Below are positions 38,993 through 50,600 of a stretch of DNA of 64,000 nt, in pieces. How positions within the stretch are numbered: position 1 is the first letter of the stretch; every line of letters starts with the position of its first letter. Source of the stretch: Callorhinchus milii (Eukaryota); the NCBI RefSeq assembly GCF_018977255.1, contig NW_024704764.1, positions 10,478,001 through 10,542,000 on the forward strand, in the 5' to 3' direction. Below the pieces are notes generated by a model. That model did not search any database. It was not told the origin of the DNA and worked only from the letters and a program-made list of their open reading frames with translations. Position numbers and translations under genes: made by a program.

Positions 38993-40155
38993 AACAACAA
39001 TAACAAATTGCATTTATATTGCGGTTTCCACGTTGGGAGGACATCTCAAAGCGCTGGACAGTTAAGGATTTGCACTCAAGCTGGGGGTTGGAGGCAATGG
39101 GGTGGGGGAAGATGACTAAATGCATGGTTGTAAAGGAAGATCTTGAGACAACAACAACAACACAACTTGCACTTATATAGCACCTTCCATGCAGGGTAGT
39201 GTTTCAGAGCGCTTAACAGTTGCGGAGCCTGACTCTGATACGGGGGGAGGGCGAGGTTGCCGCAAGCCACGTCGAAGAGGAAAGTTTTCAGGCGGGACTT
39301 GAAAGAAGGGGGAGAGGAAGCAAGGCGGAGGGATTGAGGGAGAGTGATCCAGAGTTTTGATGCGTAGTGACTGAAAGCACAACCTCTAATGGTGGGGTGG
39401 AGAGTGCGAGGGATGAGCAGGAGTCAGTCGCGGAGATGCATGGGCCTTGAAGTAGGCAAAGGAGGGGACAAGGTGGAGAGCCTTGTCGACATTCAATTGG
39501 AGATGGTAGTTCCAGAGGTTGGGGGCAAAAAGGCTGGAGGTCCTACTGCTGATGGAGCAGGTTGGTTCTCACCGAGGAGGGAGCAGACAGATTGGTAATG
39601 TTTTAGTAAATCACAGAGGTAGGGAGGAGCAAGACCGTGGAATGCTTTAAAAGGACTCAATCCTTTGGGGGATGGGGAACCAGGGAAGCTGGGTGAGGAT
39701 GGGGGCGATCGGCTCACAGAGCTGAGTGTGGGAGAGGACACAAGCTACAAAGTTCTGAATAATCTGCAGCTTGTGGAGTGAAGAGTTGGGAAGTCTGGAG
39801 AGCAGGGGAGTTATAGTCAAGCCTAGACATAAAGAGCATGAATGCTAGGAGCCTGAGGGGAGAAGTAGTGGTGGAGGCGGGCAACGTTGCTGAGGTGGGA
39901 GAAGGCAGAACTGGTCCAAGCACAGATGTGGGATTTAAAACCCAGTTGAGGGTTGAAAAAGACATCAGGGTTCTGTATTGGCTCAGTAAGGTGGAGAGAA
40001 TATCCGTGATGCTGTCAGCATCTGAGGTGAGGGGACACTGATGGAAACTAAGCAGGAAGGTCTTGGTCTTGTCGACATTAAACTGGCAAAAATTGGCTCT
40101 CCAGGACTTGATGTCCGACAAGCAATCTGTCAGGACAGCAGCAGTTTGGAGTTGA
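38993..40155 (-). mobile_element. Composite of L2 LINE fragments with two tails (also at ~51135-52297)
   Basis: Tails at 38993 and 39148. Minus-strand remnants DCLSDIKSW, SRLDYNS and FHGLAPPYLCDLL. Confidence 0.88.
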
Positions 40156-40339
40156 GTGTGTAAACAGAGTACAGAGTAATTTGTAAATTTCCACATTGAA
40201 TCAGTAAATAGAGGGCATTACGTTTGGGGTCATGCTCAAAACAATAAAGGAAAATATTAGTATCGTTTGTGCACAGTTAGTACGAGATTTTTTCCATTAA
40301 TGTTTCTTCAGCTAAACTCTTAAAGGTCTCTTTATGTAG

Positions 40340-40449
40340 TTCCTGGTCTGGGCAACACTTCTCCAAAGGACATGGAATCCTTGCTGCCACTGATGAACAT
40401 GGTTGTTTACAGCATTGACAAGGCAAAGAAGTACCGGTTGAACCGTGAG
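40340..40449 (+). CDS. CCDC47: CCDC47 exon 11
   Basis: atgtag|TT CCT...CGT GAG|gtaaga; (V)[36 protein letters not shown]. Confidence 0.95.
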
Positions 40450-40594
40450 GTAAGAACACATAGAGTAAGAGAAAAACTTCCTGGTGTTTGTCCTCTTGCT
40501 CTACTATCTTGGTGCATCGTAAAGTATTATTCTGGGCCAAATGACTTCCTGTGAAATTTCTGATTCATAGCATTAATTTTTCCACTTTTCCCAG

Positions 40595-40762
40595 GGTAAG
40601 ATGAAGGCTGATAAGAATCGCGCTCGTGTGGAGGAAAATTTCCTGAAGATGACTCATGCCCAACGGCAGGAAGCCGCACAAACACGGAGAGAGGAGAAAA
40701 AGCGTGCAGAGAAAGAAAGGATCATGAATGAGGAGGATCCAGATAAACAACGCAGGCTCGAG
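40595..40762 (+). CDS. CCDC47: CCDC47 exon 12 (coiled coil)
   Basis: tcccag|GGT...CTC GAG|gtacag; [56 protein letters not shown]. Confidence 0.96.
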
Positions 40763-41201
40763 GTACAGAATAAAAATCTGCCAGAGCAGCAGTTACCAGA
40801 GTTGCAAAAGAAAAATTTCAGGAAAGTACCAGGAAGTTTTCCTTTATGCAGAGGTTAATTTACAACTCTTAAACAAGTTGCTAGGGAAGGTAGTAAATAC
40901 ACTGCTATGCACAAATCGGCTGTTGAAGTGCCCACAAATCACAGTTGTTACACTTTCCTTCCAATGTGAAAATTAACTACTGCAGTCTTCTTTGTCAGCA
41001 TGATGATACATGCAGAAACCTATTTCTACGCTAAAAGAGAAACCAAACCACTACTTGATGTGGCTGAGACTTTGTTAAAAGCTAATAAATTTGCAGAATA
41101 TTGATCTTACACACTGCTCTAATATTTAATATAAGATTTCTGAACTGCTGTGGATTTCGGTTTCTTTCTCATCTGGTCTAATTATCACCTCTCCCTTCCA
41201 G

Positions 41202-41282
41202 GAAGCTGTTCTACGCCGTGAACAAAAGAAGCTGGAGAAGCGACAGATGAAGATGAAACAGATCAAAGTGAAAGCGATGTAG
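41202..41282 (+). CDS. CCDC47: CCDC47 exon 13 (last coding exon, to TAG)
   Basis: ttccag|GAA...ATG TAG; EAVLRREQKKLEKRQMKMKQIKVKAM*. Confidence 0.96.
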   Translation, partial: EAVLRREQKKLEKRQMKMKQIKVKAM

Positions 41283-41847
41283 AGTACCAAATAAGGGATG
41301 ATGTTACCCTTGCATCAATCACCTCATTGTTCAATTGTTCAATTTTAATGAGAAACTCAGGGCACTAAGTAATTGATTAGCAATTTATGCAAAAAATTGT
41401 TACACTTCACAAGCTCTAATAACAGTCTTTGGTATTTTGGATTTTGATCCCTCGCCCAATGCAACTTTTAGTCATTAGCCTCCTAGCCTCTGTGAGGTAA
41501 GTCTTAATTCTGCATGGAATGCAAGACCTATTTTGTGGTGATCCACATTAGGCCAGATTGAAACTAAAATATAGTTCCATTGTCTTAAGATCATCCCCAT
41601 ACTGTAAGTTTACTTAAACTGGCTGGAAATTGAAACTTTTTCAAATGAAATTATGTTTGTACAGAGATTTGGGCAGATGCCAAACAGCTGAGTGTTGGAA
41701 TAGAGCAATGACCTAATGCCACTGTATAGAGTGGGTGCCATAAGGGAAACCCCCGTTTGTTTCATTCTCTACCTTTTAGATGAATATGAATGAATGGAAA
41801 TGTGTATTGGAGCCGTGCACTTTCACTTATTTTTACTTTATATAATG

Positions 41848-41853
41848 ATTAAA
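41848..41853 (+). terminator. Candidate CCDC47 polyadenylation signal ATTAAA
   Basis: ATTAAA ~570 nt after the stop, in an AT-rich context just before repeat-derived sequence. Confidence 0.4.
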
Positions 41854-42039
41854 TTGCTAATCCAATACTCTTCCTGATTGGCTGAAATCGTTTGTGCAGC
41901 AAGTGTCCACACAGCACTGGAACGAGCACCTGCTACACAACCAGCACCACCTGCGGTTCTGCGGACGTATTACAGCCACTGACATCCACACAGTGGCAAC
42001 TGCAGTCCTGCGGGCACATGCGCTGACGTCCCCACGTAT

Positions 42040-43007
42040 AACAACAACAAACTGACATTTATAGAGCGCCTTTCACGTTGGGAGGATGTCCCAAAGAGCT
42101 GAACAGTCAGATGTCGGGGCCAGAGTTTGGGGGAAGGGTGGTGTAGGGGTGAGGGAAGGCAGAGAGGTGGGAGGGAGATCAAATGTACGATCGAAGAGAA
42201 GGGTCTTGAGACCGGCCTTGAAGGAGGCAAGAGAGGAAGCAAGGCGAAGGGACCGTGGGATGCAGTTCCAGAGTGTGGGGGCAGAGGTTGAAAGCCCGGC
42301 CATTGATGGTAAGGCGGGTCGGGCGGGAGACATGGAGCAGGCCGGAGCCCGCTGGACGGAGGGAGCGGGCAGGTTGGTAGGGAGCTAGCAGGTCAGAGAG
42401 GTAGGAGGGGCAAAGCCATGGATGGCATTGAAAGTGAGGACGAGGATCTTGAACTTGATCCTCTAGGGGATGGGGAGCCAGTGGGGTCGGGCGAGGGATG
42501 GGGTCACGGAGCCCGGTGCGTGGGAGCACACGAACTGCAGAGTTTGGGATGATCTGTAGCTTGTGAAGGGAAGAGTTGGGAAGCCGATGAGGAGGGAGTT
42601 CCCGTAATTGAGCCTTGATGTGAGGAATGCGTGGGTGAGGGTTTGGGCAGCCTGAGGGGTGAGGCAGTGGCGGAGTCTGGAAATGTTGCGGAGGTGGTGG
42701 TAGGCAGTACCAGTCATGGTGCAGATGTGGGGGAGAAATGACAGCTCAACAGGACACCAAGGTTCCTGACTGGCTCAGTGAGGTTGAGTGTGCAGCCGTG
42801 GAGGCTGATGCTGCCAGCGCCTGAAGCGCGGAGGCGCTGGCGCGAGCCAGTCAGCAGAGCCTCGGTCTTGCTGACCTTGAGTTGGAGAAAGTTGGCCCTC
42901 ATCCAGGACTTGATGTCGGACAGGCAGTCGGTCAGGACGCCAGTAATCTTGGAGTTCAGGGTGGAGGCAGAGAGGTAGAGTTGGGTGTCATCCGCACACA
43001 GGTGGAA
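42040..43007 (-). mobile_element. L2 LINE 3' ~1 kb fragment (also at 54182-55094)
   Basis: FHLCADDTQLY at the 5' end, then MRANFLQL, RNLGVLL and FLTSRLNYGNSLL. (GTT)n tail. Confidence 0.93.
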
Positions 43008-43008
43008 A

Positions 43009-43071
43009 TTTAGGGTTAGGGTTAGTGGTTAGGGGTTAAGGTTAGGTTGTAGGGTGCTGGGTTAGCGTTAG
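43009..43071 (+). repeat. Degenerate telomeric (TTAGGG)n-like tract (also at 55096-55165)
   Basis: TTAGGGTTAGGGTTAGTGGTTAGGGGTTAAGGTTAGG... Confidence 0.85.
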
Positions 43072-43104
43072 GTTTCTTACATTTCAGGGGTGATTCGGGG
43101 TTGC

Positions 43105-43270
43105 AGGGGCTGGCTCGGGCTTGCTGGGGCTGGCTCGGGCTTGCTGGGGCGGGCTCGCCGGGCCTGGCTCGGGCTCGCCGGGCCTGGCTCGGGCTCGCCG
43201 GGCCTGGCTCGGGCTCGCCGGGCCTGGCTCGGGCTCGCCGGGCCTGGCTCGGGCTCGCCGGGGCTGGCTC
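43105..43270 (+). repeat. 20-bp GC-rich minisatellite GGGCTCGCCGGGCCTGGCTC (longer version at 55198-55452)
   Basis: About 6 units in copy 1 and about 9 plus partial units in copy 2. Confidence 0.93.
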
Positions 43271-43303
43271 CAGGGGCTCCAAGAGGTCCAAGAGCTCCAG
43301 GGG

Positions 43304-43644
43304 CTGTTTGCTGTTTTGTTGCCAACTTACTATCAATTCTGCTATTTCCCCCTGACTCCACATGCTCTGACCTTATTCATAAGTCTATCATGTGGTACCT
43401 TATCAAACACCTTTTGGAAATCTAAATATATTACATGTACCACATTTCCCTTGCCTACTCTTTCTGTTACCCTCCTTGAAAGATGGTTAGTCAGTGAGGT
43501 TAGTCAAGCATGACCTTCCTGTTTGAAACCCGTGCTGACTATTCTTTATTATGTTTTTCCGTTTCTAGATGTTTTTCTATTATCTCCTTCAGTAAGGATT
43601 CCATTATCTTTCCTACCCCCAATGTTAAGCTGACAGGTCTGTAA
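43304..43644 (-). mobile_element. CR1-clade LINE RT fragment (also at 55486-55824)
   Basis: YRPVSLT, then VHVIYLDFQKVFDKVPHDRLMNKVRACGVRG. Confidence 0.9.
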
Positions 43645-43797
43645 TAAATGACCAATTTATTATTGTTTTGGGTTTTGAAGGGATTATATTAGGCTCTGTG
43701 TGGGAGTAAGGAAATTGCCCGAGGTTTCACCCTCTGCCTGGAATTGCACAGGTCTCTCACTTGCAAAGTGAATGCTCTAACACGAGAGCTACAGGAC
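43645..43797 (-). mobile_element. 5' half of the tRNA-derived SINE (cleaner copy at 55825-55981)
   Basis: Reverse complement of the AGTCCTGTAG...GTGGTTAGAGCATTC...GAAACCTTGGGCAAGTTTCC head. Confidence 0.85.
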
Positions 43798-43823
43798 TTT
43801 CTCCTCTCTATCACACTTTCTTT

Positions 43824-43853
43824 NNNNNNNNNNNNNNNNNNNNNNNNNNNNNN
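43824..43853. other. Assembly gap (30 N)
   Basis: Run of N. Confidence 0.99.
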
Positions 43854-44638
43854 CGGAGATAGCAAAATCACCGTTCAATGTAGGACATATTTTGCGAGCT
43901 CGGACGCGCTGAGAAACACCAGACTCTTGGACTTTAGGTCCACATATCGAGCACCCACTTGACCTTCACCCTAAATGAAATTCTTTTATGTGTGAACCTG
44001 GATAGTTAATGTTAGCATGCTATCAGCGCTGAAACATTCCAGTACTCACTCCAAGTATATATACATACACTCGTTGGATAGACGCTATATAAACCGGGAT
44101 GCTACCCAGTGTGAAGGGCGCAATATCAATGCAAGTTGTTGTTATCACCTTTGGTCTGACAGACTGTTTATTTCAAGTCAAAATTCACTCATTTTTACAA
44201 AAAAAGGTTGTTTTTAAAAGGTAGAACTCTTTGTGCCTATTTGCACGTGGATTATCTCTTATATTAAAAATCTGAATGTATATGTTATTATGGCAGAACT
44301 CCCTCCGTTGTCTTTGTTTCATGCTGAAAACAAGCGGAACATATTCCTTGAGCATATTCAAGACTGAGATAGATATATTTCTTATTGCAAAAGGATTAAG
44401 GGATATGGGATAAGGCAGGGTCAGGTTATTAGCTGGAGTTAGATTAGAAGATCAGCCATGATTGAATGGCGGGGCAGGCTCGAAGGGCCGAATGGCCTAC
44501 TGCTCCTACCTGTGATGTTATGTTAAGCGGAGTGTCGACACACTGAGATAGTGATGAGGAGGAGGAGCTTGTGTCCCTGGACATTTTTTGCAATTTCTCT
44601 AAATTTCTAACAACTGCTGTCATTGGCCCGTGGTTCAG

Positions 44639-47600
44639 GTCCCATCATCTCCAGAACAGCTGGGAGAGCTACTACATGGAGATTCTGATGGTCACTGGGC
44701 TCCTTGCTTACATCATGAATTACATCATCGGCAAAAACAAAAACAACCGGCTGGCTGCAGCGTGGTTCAGTTCCCATAAGCAACTGCTTGAGAGTAACTT
44801 TGCACTTGTCGGTGAGTATTGAGAGGATCTGTAACAAGTTGTTGTGATTGTAATTGAAGAAAGAATTTGCATTTGCAAAATCTACAACAACAAACACCAC
44901 AAGCAACTTCACAGACAATTATTGTCAAATATAGTGACTTTTTGTAGGCAAATCCAGCAGTTATTTAGCACCAAGAAAATCACACAAACAGCTATGAGAC
45001 AAATGTGGAGTCCTGTAGCTCAGTGGTTAGAGCTCTTGCCTCACAAGCGAGAGACCTGGGTTTGATTCCTGGCAGGGTGAAACCTTGGGCAAGTTTCCTT
45101 ACTCCACATGTCTGATAATAATCCCTCAAGAAAAAATGATAAAATTGGTCATTTCAATCCACGACTGTTTGTAGGACGCTGCTCTGCGCAATTGGCTGCC
45201 ACGTTTTGCCCACAAATATATACGGTCAATTCACTTTACAGTATATTCTGTCAAACGCTTTGAGACGTCTTGAAGACGTGAAAAGCGCTATATCAAATGC
45301 AAGAATTATTATTATTATTAAATGAGCAGTTAATCTGGAAGATTGCTGGTCGGGATACTCTGAGAAACTTCCTTCTTTGTCTGAATACAACAACAACAAG
45401 ATTACATTTGTATAGCACCTTTCATGTCGGGAGGATGTCCCAAGGCGCTGGAGAGATTACAGCATTTCAGAGACAAGATCATTAATGTACACCTGAATAA
45501 AAGGCAGATGGAAGGTCGGTTTTAATGTTTCATCCAAAGGATGCAGTGCATAACTGATAATACTGCGCTGGTTGTTGAGCTAGATTATGAGCCAGGTTTA
45601 GACGGTGGTGTGTTCATGAACTGATCCAGAGTTGTGAGTACTCGCAACTGAGTCAATTTGATACCTGATGCTGTTGAAATTGCATAGTAAAAGTGCAAAA
45701 TGGAAACTAAATATAGTGGAAGCCGCTGTAAGCAATTTAAGCAATTCTAGTGTCACATCCAGCTTTGTGCAAGAAACGCAAAGCAAATAAGTGACAAAGG
45801 TAACCTGATGACCTGCAAGCCCACCTTTTTAGTGCAAAACAACTGGCCGTGGAAAACAAATGGACTAACTGACTGCTCTCTGTGGAAGGGGAACAGGTTC
45901 CAAGAGTGTAACTACATTTTTACATAATGTAACCACATTATAAGTGAATTTGTGCTGTAGTGCAGATCGTTTTAAGCAAAGTGCTGGTATTTTCACTTTT
46001 AATTATCATACCGAAACAATAATAATCATTGAATTTGATTCAGCAACTTCACCAGTTGCTCAGAGTGGGATTGCCCAGTAATTTTCCTGACACCAGAGTT
46101 CACTTCCAAAGCTTTGTGTTTCCCACCAGCACTGGTACCATTCCTGCCTTCACCTTCATATGATGTTGTTGAGACTTACATATTTTCATGTAGCTCTCAC
46201 ATAAACCCAGTCTTTTGTATATTTGGTTATTTGGCAAAATGCTCTTCTAGTCGCATCGGTTTTTTTTCTTGTAATGTCGCAATTTTGTTAATAACTGCGG
46301 CATTAAATATATGCCTATTTGCAGGAGATGACGGGATGAATAAAGAGCCCATCAGTACTGGGAGCTAAACCAGGAAAACGAACACATTTATAACCTGTGG
46401 TGCTCAGGGCGTCTGTGCTGTGAGGGATGTTGATTCAGCTGAAGGTATTGGGAAAGTGATATTCAAAGTCAATGCTCCATTTTCTCAGTTCAATTTTTTT
46501 GATGCTACAAGTTAACAGTGACATTGCTGGAGCTCCATTGATGTTCCAGTGAGTAAAGTCAAGTCATACAGATCAAAGTTCAGAATTTAATTTTAGTTTG
46601 TGATGAGTTAACTGATCTCAGCCGAGATAGAAGTTGAGATCATACAATGGTCATGTTACCTGTGCTACAAATGGCCAGCGATTCTGGGCTTGTCTCTTAT
46701 CTGTTGACCCCAGGTAGAAAGTGCATATGTGTACAAGTTAGATGAAGGTGGAATTAGACTCATAATTTAGCAGCAAGTACAGAATCATCCCGGTAGCCTC
46801 TGAATCTTGCATTTCAAAAGTGCCAAGAACTGCACATAATATGGCTTATTCTATGAGTAATTCAAGGTTAATATGACTTATTTAATTGCAATAAATACTC
46901 AAAAGATGCAATGTAGTATTTAGTTGCTTTGACAGCAGGACTATTGCTGATAATTGAGAATACTTCAGTTTGATACTGCACGAACAGTGTTAACATTGTT
47001 AATCAGTACAAAATGGGGGAGAATAAAACTAATTTGTCTGTGACAACTTTCTCCAATGATTATTTAAATCACATCTCAGTCACCAGCTAAACCCAAAAAA
47101 CAAATCCTTTTTTCTTTATTTTAGTTTTTGAAACGTCAAGATCTGTTGAATGTCCTCGCACGCATGATGAGGCCAGCCAGTGACCAGGTGGTACGTACGT
47201 GTATATATATGTCTATATATATATATATATATATTTGGGGGTTTATTGAGTATTGTTCTCTCCTGGAGAAGCTCACTTGTTCTGGGTAGTATTCCACAAG
47301 TGGTCATGCGTTTCCCAAATGATGTCCATAAGTTCCTAAATAGTGGGAAAGATCCAGACCCTTTGTTCCAGACAATCCCTAATTTAAAATCAGCCACCCA
47401 GCTATCACATGTTCTCACTCCTCTGCTATCACTATTTGTCTGACCCTAAGGATGAGGAGTGAGACAGCTAAACTAAAACTGAGGCAAATAAGATGTAGAA
47501 TTGGACTGTAAGTAATTAGGCAGGAATAGGCTATACTGAGTGTAAACAGTATTGTATACTGAGAATAAGCAATTGTTGTGGTTTGTTACCTAAATAAACT

Positions 47601-50600
47601 ATAGCCAACCAGGTCCCAGCGCTCCAGGACAGTACCCTGCATGAAGGGCACTATATAAATGCAAATTGTTGTTGACCATCAAAATGCAATAGCATACATA
47701 CATTCAGGCTTCTGACGGGTACGATGTCTCCCAAGAAAACAAAACACTTTGGTTTAATTTTCAGCAAATCAAAGTCACAATGAATGAAGAAGACATGGAT
47801 ACCTATGTATTTGCCATTGGTTCACGGAAAGCCATGGGGAGGATGCAGAAGGAGATGCAGGATTTGGTACGTACCAATGGGGTTTCAAGGCGACAGCTCA
47901 AGTCTGGAATGCAAATGAAGTGTGTAGTGTGTGTGTGTGTCTGTGTGAGAGCAACAAGCATTTTGTAGAAAACAAATCAAATTGTCTTGCGCTAAAATGG
48001 CTTTCGTATCATTAGGTTGCCAATGTTGTTGCTTCCTGTTTTATGCATGTGCAGCTCACAGGAAGTGATATCAGCAATGCCCTCAAGATCCAGCAGACAG
48101 TCATTTTATTTAGTTCGGAACCAGCTGGCAATAAGGGAGCAATCTGCCCTGCTTCATGACCATGCAATGAAATTGGCTATTGTACCTCATTCTCGAATGT
48201 TTTGAATTCTGACCACCTCATTATTGGGTCAACTTTAGAGGCTTTTACAGTGAGCAAAGAAGGTTATTACGTAATATTCTGGTTCTACCTATTTTTGGAA
48301 GTCTGCAAATTGCTGGAATGTGTGTGATAATCTTCCTGAGTTACATAAAGGTATATTGTTAAACTTCCAGAGTGAATTCTGCAGCGATAAGCCAAAGTCA
48401 GGGTCTAAATTCGGAATTCCGGATTCACTTGCTATCCTGTCCGAAATGGGAGAAGTCACAGAGGGAATCCTGGATAACAGAGTAAGTAACCTGAATTAGA
48501 AAATGAGCTGAAGTATATGAAAGTTAGGTCTTATTTCTTTAGTAGACCACTAACTTGTAGGGAATTGTGATAAGGAAATTAGTTGATAATGTTTTGGAAA
48601 GAATTTGATTGTTGACAATGGTTTCAGATTCAAATAATCGTTTCCTTTATTACACAAATTATCAAGTTAATGGTTATACATGTTCGAATAAACAGTATCA
48701 ACGTTTCTGGATAAAGTAGTAACCAACCATCAGGAGAAATGTGCAGTGACCTGTCCCTGGGAGAAAGGCAGCAGATTCAATGGATTCACTTCTCATTTGT
48801 TTCTGCCTGAACCAGTTCATTCTATACAAACGCTGAACTATCTGTATTTATACCTAACTGGTTACTGTGTGTGAAGCCCAGACCAATGAAATAGCGAATA
48901 TATCATTTATGTCTAAAGCTCATTGGCCTAATGCTGTAGGCCATGTTCCCACCGCAAGATGTTTCCCGGTTAATAAACCATAGTTCAGTTATCAGAGGCT
49001 AGAATACATTCTTCGTGAACAATCATTCCTCACAAAGTTTTTATCTCACTCACAGACATCACATGTCTTCAGTGCTTTCCCACACAGTTAGCATTTTATC
49101 TCCTTACAAACGTTTTGGGTTTCTCAGTCATCTATAATGTTTGTTCAGTAAATACGATTGAGATTTACATACAAAACCAATGCAACATTTTTAATTGGAT
49201 GATTAAGCAAATCAGAACTCTGCTGGTGCCTGAGCTCCTCTAGAACTACAACGCACTGGTAAGATGGCTTAGTTCAGGGAGATCCAACCACAGCGCCGGC
49301 CAGTCCAGGGAATGATTTGTGTCCCGCGAACCAGGTCCAACTATGGCTTTCTCCGGATTTCAGAGGGATATTTAGAATATTCCTTCACGGGAAGGAATAA
49401 TGGGTTTCTACAAAGCTTTGGTGTGACTTGGAATTTCAGTTCTGGTGCCTCCATTGGTGATGGTCTTTCCACCATTAATTATTTTCTCAGAGAAACTGTG
49501 TTAATCCTTAGGATCTCTCTTCCCAACCCAGTTAAGGATTGTAGCTCACATCAAACTCATCATTTGTAAAACACACTTTCTCACGTTTCAAACGACTTTG
49601 TTTTCAATTTAGTGGGAGTAGATTTTAATGATGTAGATGAAAATGCTGAAGGTACTCCTTCTATACAGAGTTCAAGCATGTTTTTTTCTTTGTTTCCAGA
49701 TGGTGCATTTCCTCTCGTCTCATGATGATAAAATTGAGTCCATTCACTTTTCGGATCAGTTCTCTGGGCCTAAAATAATGCAAGAGTAGGTATCCACTAG
49801 CTCACCATTACCAAACAGATTGATTTCAAAATCCTCACACTTGTCTTCAAATCCCTTCCTGCCCTGGCACCTCCCTAACTCTCCGACCTGCTTACTCCCC
49901 AACCCACTCCCTGCTGCCTCCGCTCAACTGACTCTGGCCTCCCCTCCTTGTCCATTGTGCCCTCTGTTCCACCATCAGTGGCGGTGCTGTCAACTACTAC
50001 GCCCAAAAACTCCCCAATGGGAGGAAAGTTACTGTCCTGCTGTTGTTGTTGTCCTTTGCTTGTTTGCTCACATGTTTACTAAGAGGACAATTGGAAACTT
50101 CCAGGCTTTTGTAATGATGAGAGTCATTTGCCATGGTGACTCTTCACACTGTAGGAAGATATTGCACACAGCGTAGTTTTGGGAAATGGATGTGAAGCCC
50201 ACTACATCTAGTCACTGTCTATGCTGCATCATATTCAAATCTCTGTCTTCTACAATGGGGTCCCAAACTGTACCTAATACTTAATGCTTTTGTCCTTTGT
50301 TTTCAGTGCCTCGGTTTATAAAACCCTGGGTCTATCTACCAAACTGCTTTCCCATAATTCTTTGTTCTTCTAATTCCTGTAGAATTTGTTTGTAAAATAC
50401 ATCTTTTTCTCAAAGTATATGATGTACATTAGTGTTCAAACATGAAAGGCATTGTCATATCTTCTCACATCCCTAGCCTGTCTATATTTAGCTTTGAATT
50501 TTTTTTTCGTATTTGCCAGGAGAATAGTTGGGCTAATTTAGGAGAAGGAAATTGGTCGTTATCCAAATATTTCTGCTGGAAAGTGTATGTGCTTGGCTCA

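Larger units (their letters stand above)
30961..41282 (+). other. CCDC47: CCDC47 (PAT complex subunit / calumin) gene, complete CDS in 12 exons, 481 aa
   Basis: Exons sum to 1446 nt. The protein has a signal peptide, an acidic luminal region ([10 protein letters not shown]), one TM helix ([17 protein letters not shown]) and a basic C-terminal coiled coil ending KMKQIKVKAM*. Confidence 0.96.

Noticed and set aside
43022-43513. Repetitive ORFs such as ARRARARPGEPEPGPASPSQ (also at 55115-55660)
   Set aside because: Translations of a 20-bp GC minisatellite that is open in all frames, fused to CR1 remnants.
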